Of a stretch of 64,000 nucleotides of DNA, positions 60,477-64,000 are shown in pieces. The position numbers and the translations under genes were made by a program. The notes below the pieces were generated by a model. The model did not search any database and had not been told where the DNA came from. It saw only the letters and a program-made list of their open reading frames with translations. Source of the DNA: Asterias rubens (taxonomy: Eukaryota); NCBI RefSeq assembly GCF_902459465.1, contig NC_047083.1, positions 744,001 through 808,000 on the forward strand. Direction: 5' to 3'. Every line of letters begins with the position of its first letter. Position 1 is the stretch's first letter.

Positions 60477-60984
60477 AGCTGTTGATGACTAGAGAGTTTA
60501 TTTCGCTTGAAACTGTAGATGAAAATGGAATAAATGTAACATTAATATGGTGTACATTTTAAGACAAGACAGGTCTGAGCAAATAGCTCATTCTGAGCAA
60601 ATAGCTCATCAGGCCAGTGTTTATTACCGATTTCCATGAGTTAGAATAAATATTGAGTTTCTGGGAACTGTTTGCAAGCCTTAAATACATTTTTATTTTG
60701 TCTAAAGCAATTTATATTTTGATTTATTTAATTTCATTTTGTTGTAAAAGGTGAGTCCCATCAGATGTCCAGGCCTCGAAAATAAAACCAAGGCAGCTAC
60801 AGCAAATGGCATGGTGCCCTTTGCTTTAGCTGTGGTTCCATTTGCAAAGTTCCACTACAAATTTACATTTTCCTCACAGCGGCCCCCTCACTATAGGAAA
60901 ATTGCCTGCTTCGTTTTTGAAAGATCAAGGGCACTAAAGCATTTTCTCTATGGAATATTGTAAAATTCTATTGTAGCTCTATAA

Positions 60985-61359
60985 GGCCGAGTAAAAAAAC
61001 AAACATGTTTCACGTCCGCGTTTTTCAAAAAAAGGAGGAAGAGGGGCTTTTTATTTTTTATTTTTTATTTCAAGATGGCCGCCATTCTTTCTTAAAATGT
61101 CAAATATCCGTTGTTTTTTTTACTGCTGAAATACACAAAACATAAATGAAACAATTTAGTCGAGGCATTTAGACAAGACATTCATAAATTGTTTTTCCGA
61201 GATCATTTCAAATAACCCTATTTAAAAAAATAATAATAATATAAAAAAAATATTTTAAAAAAGTGCATAAAAAAATAAAATAAAAAATAAAATAAAAAAG
61301 GAGGCGTCCTGTAAAAAGGAAGCGGGCGGGGACGCGAAACATGTTTTTTTTACTTGGCC
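60985..61359. mobile_element. Harbinger-type MITE with TAA TSD, nested in another repeat
   Basis: TAA|GGCCGAGTAAAAAAA...TTTTTTTTACTTGGCC|TAA. Removing it restores the GGGCACCAAGGCAAT repeat consensus. Confidence 0.7.
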
Positions 61360-62062
61360 TAAGGGGCACCAAGGCAATTATACAGGGCAAATGGAGGCAA
61401 CTGTTTCCATTGCTTTTATAAAGTATCAAGCCAGTTGTTTTTTTGTTCAACACCAGCCTACACGCTACAAAAAACAAAACTTACTTTATAAGTAAATTAA
61501 TCAAGACTTTTTCCCCTATAATTTTATGCATGAACACAAGATGTAAACAGGACAAATTGACACATAATGAACAGACAAAATTATAAATTTCTGGCCCATT
61601 GGTAATTACTAGTAATCAAATTCAATTCATAATATTGATTTGTGCAGATTGCATAATATATTGATTTGCCTAGAACAGATTGCAACAGATGTGTAGACAA
61701 TAGGCTGAATGAGTAGTAGGCCAGTTGTTTTGATGAAGCTCCAAAACTAAACAATATCTGTGTAAGAGATGCTCTACTGATGAGCAAATGAACAACTAAG
61801 AATAAAAATCCAACAAGCTTTTGCGAATTCATGTATAGTTTTTGTGTTGATGTATAGATTTTGCCTGTTTATTGTTAATTCAACCTTTCTTAAATTTGTA
61901 AAAACTTTGTCAATTTCAACCTTTTTTTGTTGTTTTTTATTCAGATTAAAACAAATCATTAGTAACTAATTATCATTTAACAAATTATGAGCTCTGAACA
62001 GTTTAGTCTTCAATAGGTTTTTTAATTTCATCATTGAGTCCGACTGGCGGACTTCTGGAGGG

Positions 62063-62637
62063 AATTTTAAGCAACCTTCTACAATCAGTACATTTTCAAG
62101 AAAACTTAAACACTACTTGCTAGATACTTATCTGTAATGCCATCAAACTCTAATGTTGTTCTTTTTAATCGTTTGCTTTGTTTGGTCTCAGCTGTCAGCT
62201 TGTGTACCTGTGTGTCTGTGTCTCTCAAATAGGGAATACTTCGGTACACTAGTAGTAATCGGCGTCTTACTTCACGAAAGCATATTCCTTATAACCCTAT
62301 AATTCATGACTTTAATAGTACGAGTCCATTTAATGATGACTCGCCTTTGTGTTGTTTGTAGGCCTACACCTATCGTCTGACCATGTTGTCCCTTGTCTTT
62401 GTCTTTGTTTGTGTTCCTTAGTATCATGTTTGTCTGTCAATAGGTTAGGGCACAAAAGCATTTTGCTTAACCTAACACCTAAATGTTGTCTTTAAATTAC
62501 TTCTTGTTTATTTTTTTTGAAGTATTGTGTACCTAATCATACCTCATACTATATTGCTTGTTTTAATTTTGACATAAATGTACGCTATTGTATTATTGTT
62601 TTGTATGACAGCATTGAAATAAATGTACTGTTTGGTC
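62063..62637 (+). mobile_element. 5'-truncated CR1/L2-like LINE 3' end
   Basis: NFKQPSTISTFSRKLKHYLLDTYL* (62063-62137) matches the ORF2 C-terminal F..KLK.YLL motif, followed by a T-rich UTR and AATAAA at 62618. Confidence 0.6.
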
Positions 62638-63384
62638 CATTGAGTCCGACTGGCGGACTTCTGGAGGGAGTTTGGTCCATAGGAAGGGACCGCTATAACC
62701 AAAGGAACCCTGACCAACCAGTTTTGTACTTGATGAAAAGAAAGTTCAATGAGCAAATATTTATGGCATTAAGTCACCTGGAATGCAATGCTTCACACCA
62801 CGGACCAATGCTGTCACTAAAATTAAATTCCACTTAAACGTGGGTTTAGCAAAAAACTCCATGACTTCAAAGAAAGCTTTGCCCACAAGTGTTCTTTTGT
62901 CATGGTACAATAGAACTGGCCACAAAGATTGTACTATGTGTAGTCAAGGTTGCCAATTACTTGCCATGCTATTTTGCATGGGACATTGACACCAACAAAA
63001 GACACCAAGTGTGAATACAGTACATAAACTGGAATAGAATCTTACCATACTTTTCAATTTCGTGGCGATAATCAAAATTCTTGAACTAATTTTTTATTAT
63101 TTATTTTATTTGTACTTTTGTTTTCTCTTAATTTATCTAGCGAAACTGTATATTATTGTATTTTATTTTTCATTGTGTTGTTATTATGTATTGTAATTCC
63201 CAGACACTTTTTGGAACAAATAATGCGTGCGGTGCACATGCTCAATGGACACTATTTGGAAGCGGACTCTTTTTGACTTGACACCAGCACTCTCATCCTA
63301 AATATTAATTGTAATGCTAATCAATCATAAACATTCTTAATGTTGTATACCACAGTTGCTATTGGCATTGCTAGTAAACAATAA

Positions 63385-63680
63385 ATGCCCCTTATTTTTG
63401 ACCGCGCGGGGGCGCTATAAATAGTATTTTGATCACTTCCGGGGGTACACGCGATTCGCCCTGCACAAATTAATAGGCGTTCTGTCACTTTTGTTGCGCC
63501 GTAGTTTCAATTTGCTTTAGAGGTGGATTATAACGGCTCCTTTTAAAGTCTTATTGTCTGTGATGGATTAGATGTCTGTGGTTATAATGTGTTCCAATCT
63601 TTAAAAACTGTTTTGCGTATGAATGAATATACCCCCGGAAGTGATTGAGAGCGCCCTCACGCGGTCAAAAATATGGCCCA
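63385..63680. mobile_element. Inverted-repeat element with GC-rich arms
   Basis: TATTTTTGACCGCG..GGGCGCT...ATCACTTCCGGGGGTA is mirrored by TACCCCCGGAAGTGAT...AGCGCCC..CGCGGTCAAAAATA. Confidence 0.6.
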
Positions 63681-64000
63681 TTAACAATTAATTATCCTCC
63701 ATTAAATACAAATTTGTCCATTAAATATACTTTTGGTCCACTCCACTAAATCTAATGGATTTCATTCATGTACAGCCCATTGGGGTATTGTCATAGATGG
63801 AATGCGCTTTTAAATACAATACAATTGAATAATAATTTTTTATTATTTTATTAAAACTGTGTGTTTTATTATTTTATTAAAACTGTGTGTTTCGATCCTA
63901 CCACAACTTTTTCACTCATTTCTACCAAAAGGAATATCTCATTGGAGTAAATTATACACTATTTTACTTGGATAACTTTCCGTATGGCGCCACCACTTTT

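Overview
AT-rich metazoan genomic DNA, not prokaryotic: it has GT-AG introns, TTAGGG repeats and SINE/MITE families that resemble echinoderm (sea-star-like) repeats (the taxon is my inference). The coding content is a cluster of three intron-containing tetraspanin genes, reconstructed by hand from splice sites. Tspan-A (+, six exons 4964-8032) has its first coding exon not found in the window. Tspan-B (-, seven exons 21208-15701, 262 aa) is CD151/TSPAN11-like. Tspan-C (-, seven exons 60476-56013, about 299 aa) is divergent, with a basic C-tail. Candidate non-coding exons suggest the Tspan-B 5' UTR may extend to about 53.6 kb. The rest is repeat-rich: TTAA-flanked Kolobok-type MITEs, CWG/TAA-flanked Harbinger-type MITEs, tRNA-derived SINEs, LINE remnants, Penelope-like ends with hammerhead-ribozyme motifs, several minisatellites and an intronic (TTAGGG)n tract. 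The most interesting signals are: a near-intact minimal hammerhead ribozyme with covarying sister copies; a shifted intron in Tspan-A; a frame-preserving repeat array behind the Tspan-C stop codon; a dense nuclear-receptor half-site cluster; enriched CTCF-like motifs, partly carried by MITEs; and a satellite apparently born from a transposon end. No database searches were run; family names come from motif recognition.
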